Below, one piece after another: positions 45,508 to 54,455 of a DNA stretch of 64,000 nucleotides. The notes under the pieces are model-generated. The model searched no databases and was not told the DNA's origin. It saw only the letters and a list, made by a program, of their open reading frames with translations. The stretch's first letter is position 1. Each line of letters begins with the position of its first letter. The stretch comes from a virus. The DNA is taken from positions 8,341 to 72,340 of the IMG/VR virus record IMGVR_UViG_3300028024_000077; one strand, written 5' to 3'. A program made the translations under genes and the position numbers.

Positions 45508-46007
45508 AGACCGGCTTTGTCGAGCTGGCGCTCGATGCGCTTCGCTAGATCTTCGGCGGCGCTCTTGCTGTAATCGGCTCGCTGACGATCGATCAGAAAG
45601 GCATTGATGCGATCGGCGACCGCGCCCGGCGACTTCCTGTCACGTTCGGAATAGGCATCGCTCATGAACAGATAATAGGCTTCGCGACTAGTCAGGCCGA
45701 AGAACTCGGTGACGGCCTCCCAGCCTTCGAAAACCTTGCCCGAGCTGTTCTTGTAAATGGGATGCCCATCGCCGTCGGAATCGACATCGATCGTGAAGCC
45801 ACGCTTCGTGAACCAGGGCGTTGTGCCGGCGTAGCCGCAGGCGCATGCAGTTGTCCCGCAGGACTTTACTTCCTGCCAGTCCGAGAGATCGAACTTGGCA
45901 ACCTTAACGACGCCGTTCTGAGAAAGCACCATCTGACGGCGCTTGATGCTCTGCAGCAGTCCGAACATTTGATCGAGCCGCTCGATGTGATGGGAACGTA
46001 ATTTCAC
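45504..46007 (-). CDS. hypothetical protein
   Basis: GTG start with GAGAGG SD; CGTTACACG motif. Confidence 0.8.
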   Translation of the reverse strand: MKLRSHHIERLDQMFGLLQSIKRRQMVLSQNGVVKVAKFDLSDWQEVKSCGTTACACGYAGTTPWFTKRGFTIDVDSDGDGHPIYKNSSGKVFEGWEAVTEFFGLTSREAYYLFMSDAYSERDRKSPGAVADRINAFLIDRQRADYSKSAAEDLAKRIERQLDKAGL

Positions 46008-46059
46008 TTTGACCTCTCAATGTGTGTGTGCGCGTGATTGCGCCCGTTGCAAGTGTATT

Positions 46060-46077
46060 ATAGTAAGTGATTACTTA
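46060..46077. promoter_or_regulatory. 18-bp operator-like site in divergent gap
   Basis: ATAGTAA-GTGA-TTACTTA. Confidence 0.6.
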
Positions 46078-46166
46078 TCTTTCGTGGGAAATGTCAAGAT
46101 CCCCAAAGCGCCTCATTGCGCTCTCCCAAGATCGCAGGTAATGAACGGAGACCAAGGGAGGTTAGC

Positions 46167-46355
46167 ATGTCGAAATTCATCTCCGATCGGCACTTAGAGA
46201 TCCTATACACGCGCATGCCGCGCGCCGTGCCACTGAGCGAGTTCCCGCGCCTGATCCGTCATATCCGGGCCCGCCATAACCGCGAGGTGGCCGCCGTGTG
46301 CCGGCAAATGTCGCTGCGCCTGGCTGAACGCGCGATACCGCCGACGGCGCACTAA
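46167..46355 (+). CDS. hypothetical basic protein
   Basis: GGGAGG SD before ATG 46167. Confidence 0.6.
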   Translation: MSKFISDRHLEILYTRMPRAVPLSEFPRLIRHIRARHNREVAAVCRQMSLRLAERAIPPTAH

Positions 46356-46783
46356 TCGGCCGGCCGCATCCGCTTGGTGAGGCCCTTGCTCATCAGCAGG
46401 GTCAGACCATAGTCATGAGCGACGATCCGGCCTTTGTAGCGCCCGAAATTCTCGGGCTTGAGATCGGTCATATAGGCAGGCACTTTGAAGCCCCTGGGGA
46501 AATCCTTTAGGGGTTTCGTTTTGGCCATGATCAAGACCGTGCCGGTGATCGAGATCGAGTGGACAGGTGCGAACCACTTAGCGTGTTCCGTGAATTGCAC
46601 CTCTTGCCAGATCTCACTCTCCAGAATGTTCTGGAATGAGCCAGCCACGTCCTCGACCTTCACCACATAGCGCGGCAGCAGGGCGCAATCATAGACCTGC
46701 CGCGCCGACCCGCCGCCGAGCTTGTCGCCTAGCAGGGTAGCAAACAGATCCTGGGTCGCGACCGTTCCGAATTCGTTTCTCAT
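46352..46783 (-). CDS. minimal protein-kinase-like protein
   Basis: GGGSARQVY, VVK, N..E, DLKPENFG, HDYG. Confidence 0.8.
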   Translation of the reverse strand: MRNEFGTVATQDLFATLLGDKLGGGSARQVYDCALLPRYVVKVEDVAGSFQNILESEIWQEVQFTEHAKWFAPVHSISITGTVLIMAKTKPLKDFPRGFKVPAYMTDLKPENFGRYKGRIVAHDYGLTLLMSKGLTKRMRPAD

Positions 46784-46786
46784 GGC

Positions 46787-47395
46787 TCAGTCCTTGCTGT
46801 AGGTGCAGAGCTTGATGGCCGCCATTGCCGTCAAGATTTCGTCGCGGAAGGCGATGACGCTGTTTTCGTCAGGCTCGACGCCGAACGGCAGCGGATTGCG
46901 AACGGTGAGGCTCACATAGCTGCGATCGTATTGGTCGAAGTCATAGGGCGAGGGCGCGCAGCCGTCGCGCACGATCTCCATGACGACGCCGCGCGAGTGC
47001 TTGCGATAGGTGAGACCCTGAACCTTGCGAACGGAGCCGAAGCTATAGCCATGCTGCCGGTGGCCGGCCGGCAAGCTCGCCCAATGCTCCTCGGCGATGC
47101 GAAGTGCGGCTTCGGGAAGGATCTGCTCGCTGTAACGCTCCTCGAACAGCTTGCCCGCCGTTCCGAGCAGGTCGCGAACCTGGTAGGTTTCGCCGCAAAC
47201 GGTCACGTATTCAGCCTTGCCGGCCTGGGTCGTGACCTGTGCTTCGGTCAGACCATACATGATCTTGCAAACGTCTCGGAGCGGCCGGCCATCGTCGATC
47301 GGGGAGATCCCGCAAGCTTCGAGGATCTTCTGGGCAGTCGATTTGCCGGAGTTGGGGTTGCCGCAGAGGGCAATCATAATAGGTAAGTCAGTCAT
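46787..47395 (-). CDS. deoxynucleoside monophosphate kinase (T4 gp1-like)
   Basis: GNPNSGKST, RDLLGTAG, GSVR. Confidence 0.75.
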   Translation of the reverse strand: MTDLPIMIALCGNPNSGKSTAQKILEACGISPIDDGRPLRDVCKIMYGLTEAQVTTQAGKAEYVTVCGETYQVRDLLGTAGKLFEERYSEQILPEAALRIAEEHWASLPAGHRQHGYSFGSVRKVQGLTYRKHSRGVVMEIVRDGCAPSPYDFDQYDRSYVSLTVRNPLPFGVEPDENSVIAFRDEILTAMAAIKLCTYSKD

Positions 47396-47401
47396 TACTT
47401 A
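47384..47401. promoter_or_regulatory. 18-bp operator-like site overlapping start codon
   Basis: TAAGTCA-GTCA-TTACTTA. Confidence 0.8.
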
Positions 47402-47410
47402 CTTTTTCCA

Positions 47411-47686
47411 TTAAACGGATAGGTTGTCAAGTAGCTCTTGAGCGCGTTTCATCGCCTCGGCTGCGATTTCGGGATCATTCATCGCCTCGTTGATCGCCAG
47501 CGTCAGCTTGATGGCGCCCTGGCCTGCCGGCGTCCGGTGGTTAACCGGCAGATGAATGTCCAGGTGCTTCTCATCGGAGATGATGACGACGCCGCTGTCA
47601 CGCGGGACGGCAAAGAGGGTGATGTCGAAGAGCAGGAAGAGACGACGCAGGGCGTTCCAAAGCAAATAGGCTATTCTAGCTCGCAC
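47411..47686 (-). CDS. hypothetical protein
   Basis: In leftward operon. Confidence 0.65.
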   Translation of the reverse strand: MRARIAYLLWNALRRLFLLFDITLFAVPRDSGVVIISDEKHLDIHLPVNHRTPAGQGAIKLTLAINEAMNDPEIAAEAMKRAQELLDNLSV

Positions 47687-47867
47687 GTTGCGGCGCCCCC
47701 TGAGTCTTGCCGCGCAGCTTGTTGATTAGCCGGGCCTGAGCCTCGACCTTCTCGGACAGCTCGCGGTTCTGCTTCCGCAGATAGTCTGCTTCCGCCAAGG
47801 ACATGCCATTGGACTGGAAGAGGTGGAGGTGGGCAGGGCACTTCTGGCAAAAACGTTCGGTGGTCAT
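47676..47867 (-). CDS. small coiled-coil protein with CxxC
   Basis: CQKC; ATGA overlap. Confidence 0.6.
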   Translation of the reverse strand: MTTERFCQKCPAHLHLFQSNGMSLAEADYLRKQNRELSEKVEAQARLINKLRGKTQGAPQRAS

Positions 47868-48151
47868 TCATCACCCTGAAGATCTGCGAGCAGCTTCTGG
47901 CGCTCTTCCGGCGACAGGCTGGCGATCTTGGCTTTGAGGTTGGAAACGGTGCGAACCTGGCGCGGCCGGCCGGCGCGGACTGCTGCCGCGTCTTCCTTTA
48001 GCTTCTCCCAGTCCGCCTGCATCACCAACATTTCGATGATCTCGTTCTGGGAGATGCGGAGCGTCTTCTTGCCCTCTTTCAGCTTGGCGCGGGCCATGGG
48101 GCCGATCACAAGAGAGGAACGTCCCTTTTTGCTGTCTTCTTCATTCTGCAT
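47864..48151 (-). CDS. ribbon-helix-helix-like DNA-binding protein
   Basis: RSSLVIG strand, helix, ISQNEIIEMLV helix. Confidence 0.6.
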   Translation of the reverse strand: MQNEEDSKKGRSSLVIGPMARAKLKEGKKTLRISQNEIIEMLVMQADWEKLKEDAAAVRAGRPRQVRTVSNLKAKIASLSPEERQKLLADLQGDE

Positions 48152-48208
48152 CTAAATTACTACTCCAAGTAAGACGCTATCTCGATATGAGATTAAGCAT
48201 CATTTCTG

Positions 48209-49726
48209 TCAATGCGCTATTTTCTTCAAACCCAGCGCATCAAAATTAAAATCGCTGCCAATTGGCAGGACGTTTTCGGCAAAGCCCGGCGTGCCGTCGA
48301 TAATGGCAAAGCGCGTGAGGGCGTGGTCGCGGAGATGGTTGTTGAAGGGATCGGTGAAATCGATCACCAGGCAGACGTTCGGCGGGATCACCTTGGCGCG
48401 CAGCCCGCGCCCGACCCGCTGCCGGAGCTGGATCTCCGCCTTGCCGCCGCCGGCGAGGATCACCATACCGACCGCTGGCACGTCCACGCCTACGTCAAGA
48501 ATGGTTGAGCCGATCAAGACCTGGATATCGCCGCGCTTGAGCTTCGCCAGCGTTGCCGCGCGCTTGTCCTGACTGGATTCCCCAAAGATGTATTCGACGC
48601 GGACGCCAGCCGAGGCGATCATCTGCTTGAGGATGGCGCCGTGTTCCTTTCGGGAGACCAGGATCATGACCGGCAGGCCGTATTTGGTCGCGCGCACCGC
48701 CTCGATCGCGATCTGCTGGTTGCGCCAGGTGTTTTTGACGATGCCGAGATCATAGGCACGCTGATAGGATGAGGTGCGCCGGACGCCGGTGGGCGCCTCC
48801 GGCTGCTTGATCCGCTTGAAGTAGGGGGTAGCCAAGATCCCGCGCCCAATCAGCATCTCTTCCGAGATCTCGATGCCGACTGGGCCGAAGGCCGCCATCA
48901 GGCGCATATTGCGCTCTTCGTCGGCGGACATGAATGGCGTCGCAGTCAGCGCCAGGCGGTAATGCGCGTTCCGGCAGTGGCGGGCGATCTCGTAATAGCT
49001 GCTGCCGCCGGCCTCGTGCGCTTCCTCGCCGATCAGGAATTCCATGTATTCGAGAAGCTTGATGGTCTTGGCGCGCACGATGCGCTGGCGCTCGGCTTGC
49101 TCCGCGTTCATGTCGTCGGTGGGTTCGGCCTGGCGAGCAACCAGAGTCTGCACCATGCCGACATTGATGCCGCGCCGGGGTTCCCAGACGCTGTCGCCCA
49201 GCACGCCGACGTTCAGCCCCATCCCCTCGAACGCTTCTTTCATCTGATACATGAGAACGGAGCGCGTCGTGAGAAATAGCGTGGGGCGCTTGATGCGCGC
49301 ATAGGCGAGCTTCGCTATCCGGCTCTTGCCGCCGCCGGTCGCGATGCGGGCGATCATGCTGCGGTGTTTCAGCAGCTTGCGGACGGTCTCCGGCTGGTAG
49401 TCATAGCGCGGATCTTCTTCGAAGGGATCGACGATGGGGTTTTCGGGCCCGAGAGCTTCCGGCGCCTTGGGGCGGACAAGCTGCACGTTGTAGCCGCGCC
49501 GCTTGAGGTCGCTATAGACCAGGTGGACGAAACCCATGGGGAAGCTGCCCGACCGATAGTCGAAGAAGCTCGATCGACCATCCCAGCTATGGGACTTGTA
49601 GGCGTCCGAATACTCAGCGCCCTCGACCTTGTAGGAGAGCAACTGAGAGACCTTCAGCTTGGTGTCGCGGTCGGCATTCAGCAGCTTTGCGTGAATGGCG
49701 TTATGCGCGATCTGTAAAACGCTCAA
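48209..49726 (-). CDS. superfamily 2 helicase (UvsW/ResIII-like)
   Basis: YDYQ, ATGGGKS, EEAH, LTATP, GVDVP, QRVGRGLR. Confidence 0.93.
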   Translation of the reverse strand: MSVLQIAHNAIHAKLLNADRDTKLKVSQLLSYKVEGAEYSDAYKSHSWDGRSSFFDYRSGSFPMGFVHLVYSDLKRRGYNVQLVRPKAPEALGPENPIVDPFEEDPRYDYQPETVRKLLKHRSMIARIATGGGKSRIAKLAYARIKRPTLFLTTRSVLMYQMKEAFEGMGLNVGVLGDSVWEPRRGINVGMVQTLVARQAEPTDDMNAEQAERQRIVRAKTIKLLEYMEFLIGEEAHEAGGSSYYEIARHCRNAHYRLALTATPFMSADEERNMRLMAAFGPVGIEISEEMLIGRGILATPYFKRIKQPEAPTGVRRTSSYQRAYDLGIVKNTWRNQQIAIEAVRATKYGLPVMILVSRKEHGAILKQMIASAGVRVEYIFGESSQDKRAATLAKLKRGDIQVLIGSTILDVGVDVPAVGMVILAGGGKAEIQLRQRVGRGLRAKVIPPNVCLVIDFTDPFNNHLRDHALTRFAIIDGTPGFAENVLPIGSDFNFDALGLKKIAH

Positions 49727-49762
49727 AATATCTCCTTGAGAAAGCGCCTTTTCATGGTAGGA

Positions 49763-49821
49763 TAAGTCACCATTTACTTATTAAACGGCGCGATTTAAGA
49801 TTATAAGTCAGCGCTTACTTT
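49763..49821. promoter_or_regulatory. pair of 18-bp operator-like sites in divergent gap
   Basis: TAAGTCA-CCAT-TTACTTA (49763-49780) and TAAGTCA-GCGC-TTACTTT (49804-49821). Confidence 0.85.
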
Positions 49822-49849
49822 GCAACAAGAGCAAAAACGCATCAAAACT

Positions 49850-50494
49850 ATGAAAAGCGCAGAAATTGACCCGCGACGTTTGAAGCCAAATCGCTGGAAC
49901 ACGAACGTCGTCAGCCCAGACAACGAGAAGAAGCTGGACGAAAGCCTCCGGCGCCTCGGCGTCTTCAAGCCCGTCCTCGTGCGGACACTACCCAATGATG
50001 ATCTGGAGATCATCGGCGGCGCGCACCGCGTCGAAAGCGCGATCCGCATCGGGCTCAAATCCATCCCAGTCGTCAACCTCGGCGAGATCGACGACCACAA
50101 GGCCAAGGAGATCGGCCTGGTCGATAATGGCCGCTACGGCGCCGATGACGTGGTTAGCCTGGCCGAGCTGATGAGCGAGCTGGGCAGTGCCGCCGACCTC
50201 GCCAGCTTCCTGCCCTATACCGACGCCGAGATGACAGCGATCTTTTCCTCGACCGACATCGACCTCGACATGCTCGATGGCAGCGATGATGACGAGGCCC
50301 CGCTGGCGCCCATTGAGACCGCGCTGAAGACCCACACCATCATGCGCTTCAAAGTCCCGCTGGGCGACGCCGAGCGCCTCCAGGAAGCCATTGAGAGCGT
50401 CATGAAACGCCAGGGCTTCACCGACAGCGACGATCTGACCAATGCCGGCGACGCGCTCGTCTGGCTCTTTAATGAATACCTGAAAGGCGAATGA
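49850..50494 (+). CDS. ParB/Srx-like N-terminal domain protein
   Basis: LKPNRWNTN, KPVLVR, IIGGAHRVE. Confidence 0.88.
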   Translation: MKSAEIDPRRLKPNRWNTNVVSPDNEKKLDESLRRLGVFKPVLVRTLPNDDLEIIGGAHRVESAIRIGLKSIPVVNLGEIDDHKAKEIGLVDNGRYGADDVVSLAELMSELGSAADLASFLPYTDAEMTAIFSSTDIDLDMLDGSDDDEAPLAPIETALKTHTIMRFKVPLGDAERLQEAIESVMKRQGFTDSDDLTNAGDALVWLFNEYLKGE

Positions 50495-50495
50495 C

Positions 50496-50654
50496 ATGCG
50501 CGGCTATCGCGACTGTAAGACCTGCGCTCACCAGCGCACCGCCAAGTGCCTTCCCTGCACAAGCGGCCAGAACTTCGAACCCAAGGAGATCGAGGAGCTG
50601 GATTTCGAGAACGACACCCTGAATTTCGAGGACTTCGATGGCGACCAAGACTAA
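50496..50654 (+). CDS. 52-aa CxxC-x7-CxxC microprotein (not in track)
   Basis: MRGYRDCKTCAHQRTAKCLPCTSGQNFEPKEIEELDF...; fills gap between ParB-like genes. Confidence 0.7.
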   Translation: MRGYRDCKTCAHQRTAKCLPCTSGQNFEPKEIEELDFENDTLNFEDFDGDQD

Positions 50655-51339
50655 GAGCGGCGCACGCGACGTGGTGGAGCTGGCCGGCGAGCTGCGGCCG
50701 GACTATCCGCTTGAGAAGCTGATCCCCTACGAGAACAACACCAAGATCCACGCCGAAGAGCAGGTCGAGCTGTTGGCGAAGCTGATCCTGGAGAATGGCT
50801 TCACCGATCCGATCCTGGTCAACAAGAAGGGCGTGATCATCGCCGGCCATGGACGGCGTCTGGCCATGCTGAAGCTCGGCTACAAGACGATCCCGGCCTT
50901 CGTCGCCACCAACTTGACGCCGACACAGGAGCGGGCTCTCCGCATCTCCCACAACAAGGCCAGCTCGTCCAAATACGACACCGAGAAAATGGCCTTTGAG
51001 ATCCGAGGCTTGAGCGACGATGGCTACGACATTTCGGGCCTTGGCCTGGAAGGTAAGGAAATCGAGTTCATGAGCGGCGATCTCGACGTGATAGACGAGA
51101 GCGCCTTTGCCGATGACATCGTCGATGCGGTCGAGCGTCAGAACGAGGAGAGCCAGGAGAATATCGACCGCGTCGATGCTGGCGAGATCCCGGTTTGGCG
51201 TGCCCTCGGCTTCAAAACGATCGCCAAGCACCGCGAGAAGCTGGTCAACGAGTTCATACGCCGCATCGAGAACGAGACCGGCAAGCAGGGCGGCGAAGCC
51301 TTGGCGCATTTCATCAGCCAGGTCACGGAGACAGTATGA
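50638..51339 (+). CDS. ParB/Srx-like N-terminal domain protein
   Basis: LIPYENN..IH, GFTDPILV, IIAGHGRR. Confidence 0.88.
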   Translation: MATKTKSGARDVVELAGELRPDYPLEKLIPYENNTKIHAEEQVELLAKLILENGFTDPILVNKKGVIIAGHGRRLAMLKLGYKTIPAFVATNLTPTQERALRISHNKASSSKYDTEKMAFEIRGLSDDGYDISGLGLEGKEIEFMSGDLDVIDESAFADDIVDAVERQNEESQENIDRVDAGEIPVWRALGFKTIAKHREKLVNEFIRRIENETGKQGGEALAHFISQVTETV

Positions 51340-51647
51340 GCGACGAAAAGAAGATCGTCCGGCTCGTGCCGGTCGCCGAGCGCCTAGAACAAGAGAAGGA
51401 AGAGATCGCCGGCGACGACCAGAAGGAGCTGATCGCTTACCTAGGGGAGCTGCTGGAGCGGGCCCGCGCCGGCGAGTTCGTCGGCATGGTCGCTATTGTG
51501 GATACGAAAGACAATGGCTTCTTCAAAATTAGCACCCAATCGATGCTGGATAATGCCAGCCAGACGATCGGCGAGTTGGAGATTGTGAAGACCCAATTCA
51601 TCCAAGCGATCAGTGATTTGGCGGTCGAAGAGGGGATTGACCAGTGA
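51336..51647 (+). CDS. hypothetical acidic protein
   Basis: ATGA overlap. Confidence 0.7.
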   Translation: MSDEKKIVRLVPVAERLEQEKEEIAGDDQKELIAYLGELLERARAGEFVGMVAIVDTKDNGFFKISTQSMLDNASQTIGELEIVKTQFIQAISDLAVEEGIDQ

Positions 51648-52285
51648 AATACCTGATCAGCAAGTCCTTTTCGACCACCGTCGAGCGCTCGCCGCGCGTG
51701 ATCGAGGTCGCTGAAGCCTATGGCCTGGGTCTCAGCGATAAGGAATTCACCATCTACGACAACTTCGAGATCGAGGTGAAGCAAGGCGACGTGGTCTACA
51801 TCACCGGCCAGAGCGGCTCGGGCAAGTCGCTGCTGCTGCGCGAGCTGGCCGCCCAGATGAAGGATGACGGCCTGAAGGTGGCCGACATCGAGGGCATCCA
51901 GTTCGACGACCGGCCGCTGATCGACCAGGTTGGCAAGAACATGACCGAGGCCAGTAACCTACTGAGCCAAGCCGGCGTGAATGACGCCTATTTGCAGATC
52001 CGCCGACCCAAGGAGCTGTCCGACGGCCAGCGCTACCGGCTACGCCTGGCCAAGCTGATCGAAAGCGGCGCCGAGGTGTGGGTCGCGGACGAATTCGGGG
52101 CGATCCTGGATCGCAACACCGCCAAGGTGGTCGCCTTCAACATGCAAAAGATGGCGCGCAAGTTGGGCGCGACCCTGATCGTCGCCACCACTCACACCGA
52201 CATGGAAGCCGAGCTTGGAGCCGACATCATGATCACCAAGCGCTTCAAAGAGCGGATCGACGTAAAGCGGGTAGAGAACGAATGA
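51644..52285 (+). CDS. soluble ABC-type ATPase
   Basis: GQSGSGKS, LSDGQ, VADEF, ATTH; no permease gene. Confidence 0.9.
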   Translation: MKYLISKSFSTTVERSPRVIEVAEAYGLGLSDKEFTIYDNFEIEVKQGDVVYITGQSGSGKSLLLRELAAQMKDDGLKVADIEGIQFDDRPLIDQVGKNMTEASNLLSQAGVNDAYLQIRRPKELSDGQRYRLRLAKLIESGAEVWVADEFGAILDRNTAKVVAFNMQKMARKLGATLIVATTHTDMEAELGADIMITKRFKERIDVKRVENE

Positions 52286-53226
52286 CGCGATTAGAGCGTG
52301 CTGCAAGCCCGTCGCACGATTTGCCGTCTCTGACAACGGGTTTAGAGCTGGAGACGGTCGTAGAGCGTCGGGAGCGTGCTCGGGGCGTCTTCCCGATGCT
52401 TTCTGAGATGATCGTCGAGCGCGGGACGGCTGACGACTGGGAATTGCTCCACGAGCTGCACTATAAGTCGGAAGGCGGACTGTTTGGGCCGCATTACTGG
52501 CGCTGCTCACTCCGGGGCGAGACGATCGGTGTCATGGTCATCTCCATGCCGCGCGGACTCCTGAAAGACCGCCATAACGTGTTCCCCAAACTCGCACCTG
52601 GCGGCGACACGAAGATGACCAACACCTACCGCTATGTTTTCGTGAACAAGAACTTCCGCCTGGTCTCGCGCCTGGTGGTGGATACGATGTTCCGGGGCAT
52701 CGGCGTCGCCTACCGGATGCAGAATCTCGCCGCGCGCATGGAGGGCGCCAGGTATATCGAGATCCAGTCGTCGATGAGCAAATACAACCTCTTCGCCGAG
52801 AAGGCCGGCTTCCGGTTTGCTAAGCCCCGACGGGCCAACAAATACGAGCTGGGCCTAGAGATGTTCCGCCGGCACTTCCGGTCCTACCCCGGCGATCATC
52901 AGGCGATCATGCAGGAGATCAAGGCGCTCGATCCGAAGATCCGCGAAAAGAAGATCGAGGAGCTGAAGGCGTTCTATTACCAGCACTCCGCCATGGAGCG
53001 CACGGGGTCGAACGGCCAGAAGGGGACAGAGCGGGTTGAAGCTCTCTCCGACGCTGCCCTGATCCGCAACCTGATCCAGATGTGCTTTTCCAGCCCGCTG
53101 TACGGCGTCTACACCAATCCCGACCACGGACGCCAGATCCCCGACCGGCTGCCGCTCACGGCCTTCGACAACCAGCCTGTGAACGCGCCCTTAGACCTGG
53201 AGAAGATCAAATGGCCTACGGTCTGA
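52282..53226 (+). CDS. GNAT-like acyltransferase
   Basis: LHELHY, ISRLVVDTMFRGIGVA acetyl-CoA motif A, MSKYNLFAEKAGF; start reset to 52282. Confidence 0.75.
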   Translation: MTRLERAASPSHDLPSLTTGLELETVVERRERARGVFPMLSEMIVERGTADDWELLHELHYKSEGGLFGPHYWRCSLRGETIGVMVISMPRGLLKDRHNVFPKLAPGGDTKMTNTYRYVFVNKNFRLVSRLVVDTMFRGIGVAYRMQNLAARMEGARYIEIQSSMSKYNLFAEKAGFRFAKPRRANKYELGLEMFRRHFRSYPGDHQAIMQEIKALDPKIREKKIEELKAFYYQHSAMERTGSNGQKGTERVEALSDAALIRNLIQMCFSSPLYGVYTNPDHGRQIPDRLPLTAFDNQPVNAPLDLEKIKWPTV

Positions 53227-53492
53227 CCGAGAAGCAGCGGATGATCCTGGAGACCATTCACCGGGGCGGGGAGGGCGCGGGCCAGATCCGCCTGGAGACG
53301 CTGCTGAAAAAACTGCCCTACCAGACCTCTAAGGACAGCATTCAGTTCTCGCTCCGGGCGCTGGATAGGGCCAAGTTCACCCGCAGCACCTATGGGACGT
53401 TCGCCGGCCGCCGGCATCGGTTCATTTCACTGACCGAGGACGGCTACCGGGTGATCAAGTTCCTCAAGCAAGACTGGGGAGTGGAGCTGTAG
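53211..53492 (+). CDS. winged-helix DNA-binding protein
   Basis: LTEKQRMILE, SIQFSLRAL, ISLTEDG. Confidence 0.7.
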   Translation: MAYGLTEKQRMILETIHRGGEGAGQIRLETLLKKLPYQTSKDSIQFSLRALDRAKFTRSTYGTFAGRRHRFISLTEDGYRVIKFLKQDWGVEL

Positions 53493-53498
53493 AAGCGC

Positions 53499-53672
53499 GC
53501 CGTGGGAGTTTTGGGAGCCCATGCCGCGCCCGCCCGAAAGTTTTTTAAAGAAATAAGCTTCTACTTACTATAATAGGTTTAAAACCAAGCCAAAGAGTTG
53601 TTTTTATATATTATAACACTTTAACATAAAACTTTCGGGCGGGCGGATTTGGCAACTACCAACTCCCACGGC
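53499..53672. repeat. nested inverted repeats around AT-rich core
   Basis: 12-bp IR 53499-53510/53661-53672 and 18-bp IR 53527-53544/53628-53645. Confidence 0.85.
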
Positions 53673-53720
53673 CCCCACTGGGAAACCTCACCGGCGCGGC
53701 GATCCATCGCCATCTGAAAA

Positions 53721-53738
53721 TAAGTAATCAGTTACTTG
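53721..53738. promoter_or_regulatory. 18-bp operator-like site
   Basis: TAAGTAA-TCAG-TTACTTG upstream of terS. Confidence 0.8.
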
Positions 53739-53843
53739 ATTTTCGGCCTCGTATTTGTTAACATTAATACCTTAATGCGCTCCATCCGTTGCGGGGCGCC
53801 TGGCTGACCTCCACCGGGCGCCCCACTATTTCCGAGGCACGCA

Positions 53844-54455
53844 ATGTCCGAGACCAAGAACAAGAAGATGACGCCGGCAGAATACGAGCAGGCAAAGCAG
53901 CTTCGCGTCACCGGACAGAAGACCATCAAAGACATCGCCGCGCAATTTGGCGTTTCCGAGCAGGCGCTACGCAAGCGCTTCAGCCGGGATGGTGTCGAGG
54001 TGCTGGAAGAGGCGGTGGAAGAGCATGTCGCCGGGGTCACCGACCTGGCCGCCCAAAAGCTGGCGGAGTCGATTGCCCTTCACCAGAAGCGCGTTCAGGA
54101 CACCAAGGAGATCCACTATAAGCTGGCCGAACAGTTCACGGCCCTTGTCGCGCGCAAGACCAAAACGGCGATCGAAGACAAGATATCCCTAGCCACCCTC
54201 ATCCCCGAATTCAAGGCGATCAAGCTCGCTCTCGAAATCAGCCAAACGGCCAAACAGATCCGCTACGACGTGCTGGAGATCAACAACGGCGACGTTGATC
54301 CCGAGGATATGCCGGAACTGCCGATTGTGGAGATTACCGACGAAGAAGCTCACGAGATCGGCCGCAGCAAGGGCCTGAACTTCGAAGAAGACGACGAGTT
54401 GGTCGCCGGCGCGGAGTCAGACACTGAAGATGCCGATAGCGACCCCGCCGATTAG
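53844..54455 (+). CDS. probable terminase small subunit
   Basis: N-terminal HTH (TIKDIAAQFGVSEQALRKR), helical core, directly before terL. Confidence 0.75.
   Translation: MSETKNKKMTPAEYEQAKQLRVTGQKTIKDIAAQFGVSEQALRKRFSRDGVEVLEEAVEEHVAGVTDLAAQKLAESIALHQKRVQDTKEIHYKLAEQFTALVARKTKTAIEDKISLATLIPEFKAIKLALEISQTAKQIRYDVLEINNGDVDPEDMPELPIVEITDEEAHEIGRSKGLNFEEDDELVAGAESDTEDADSDPAD

Noticed and set aside
49850-51339. ParAB partition system
   Set aside because: No ParA in the window and no evident HTH after the ParB-N domains
51644-52285. ABC transporter
   Set aside because: No membrane component; coupled to a GNAT gene
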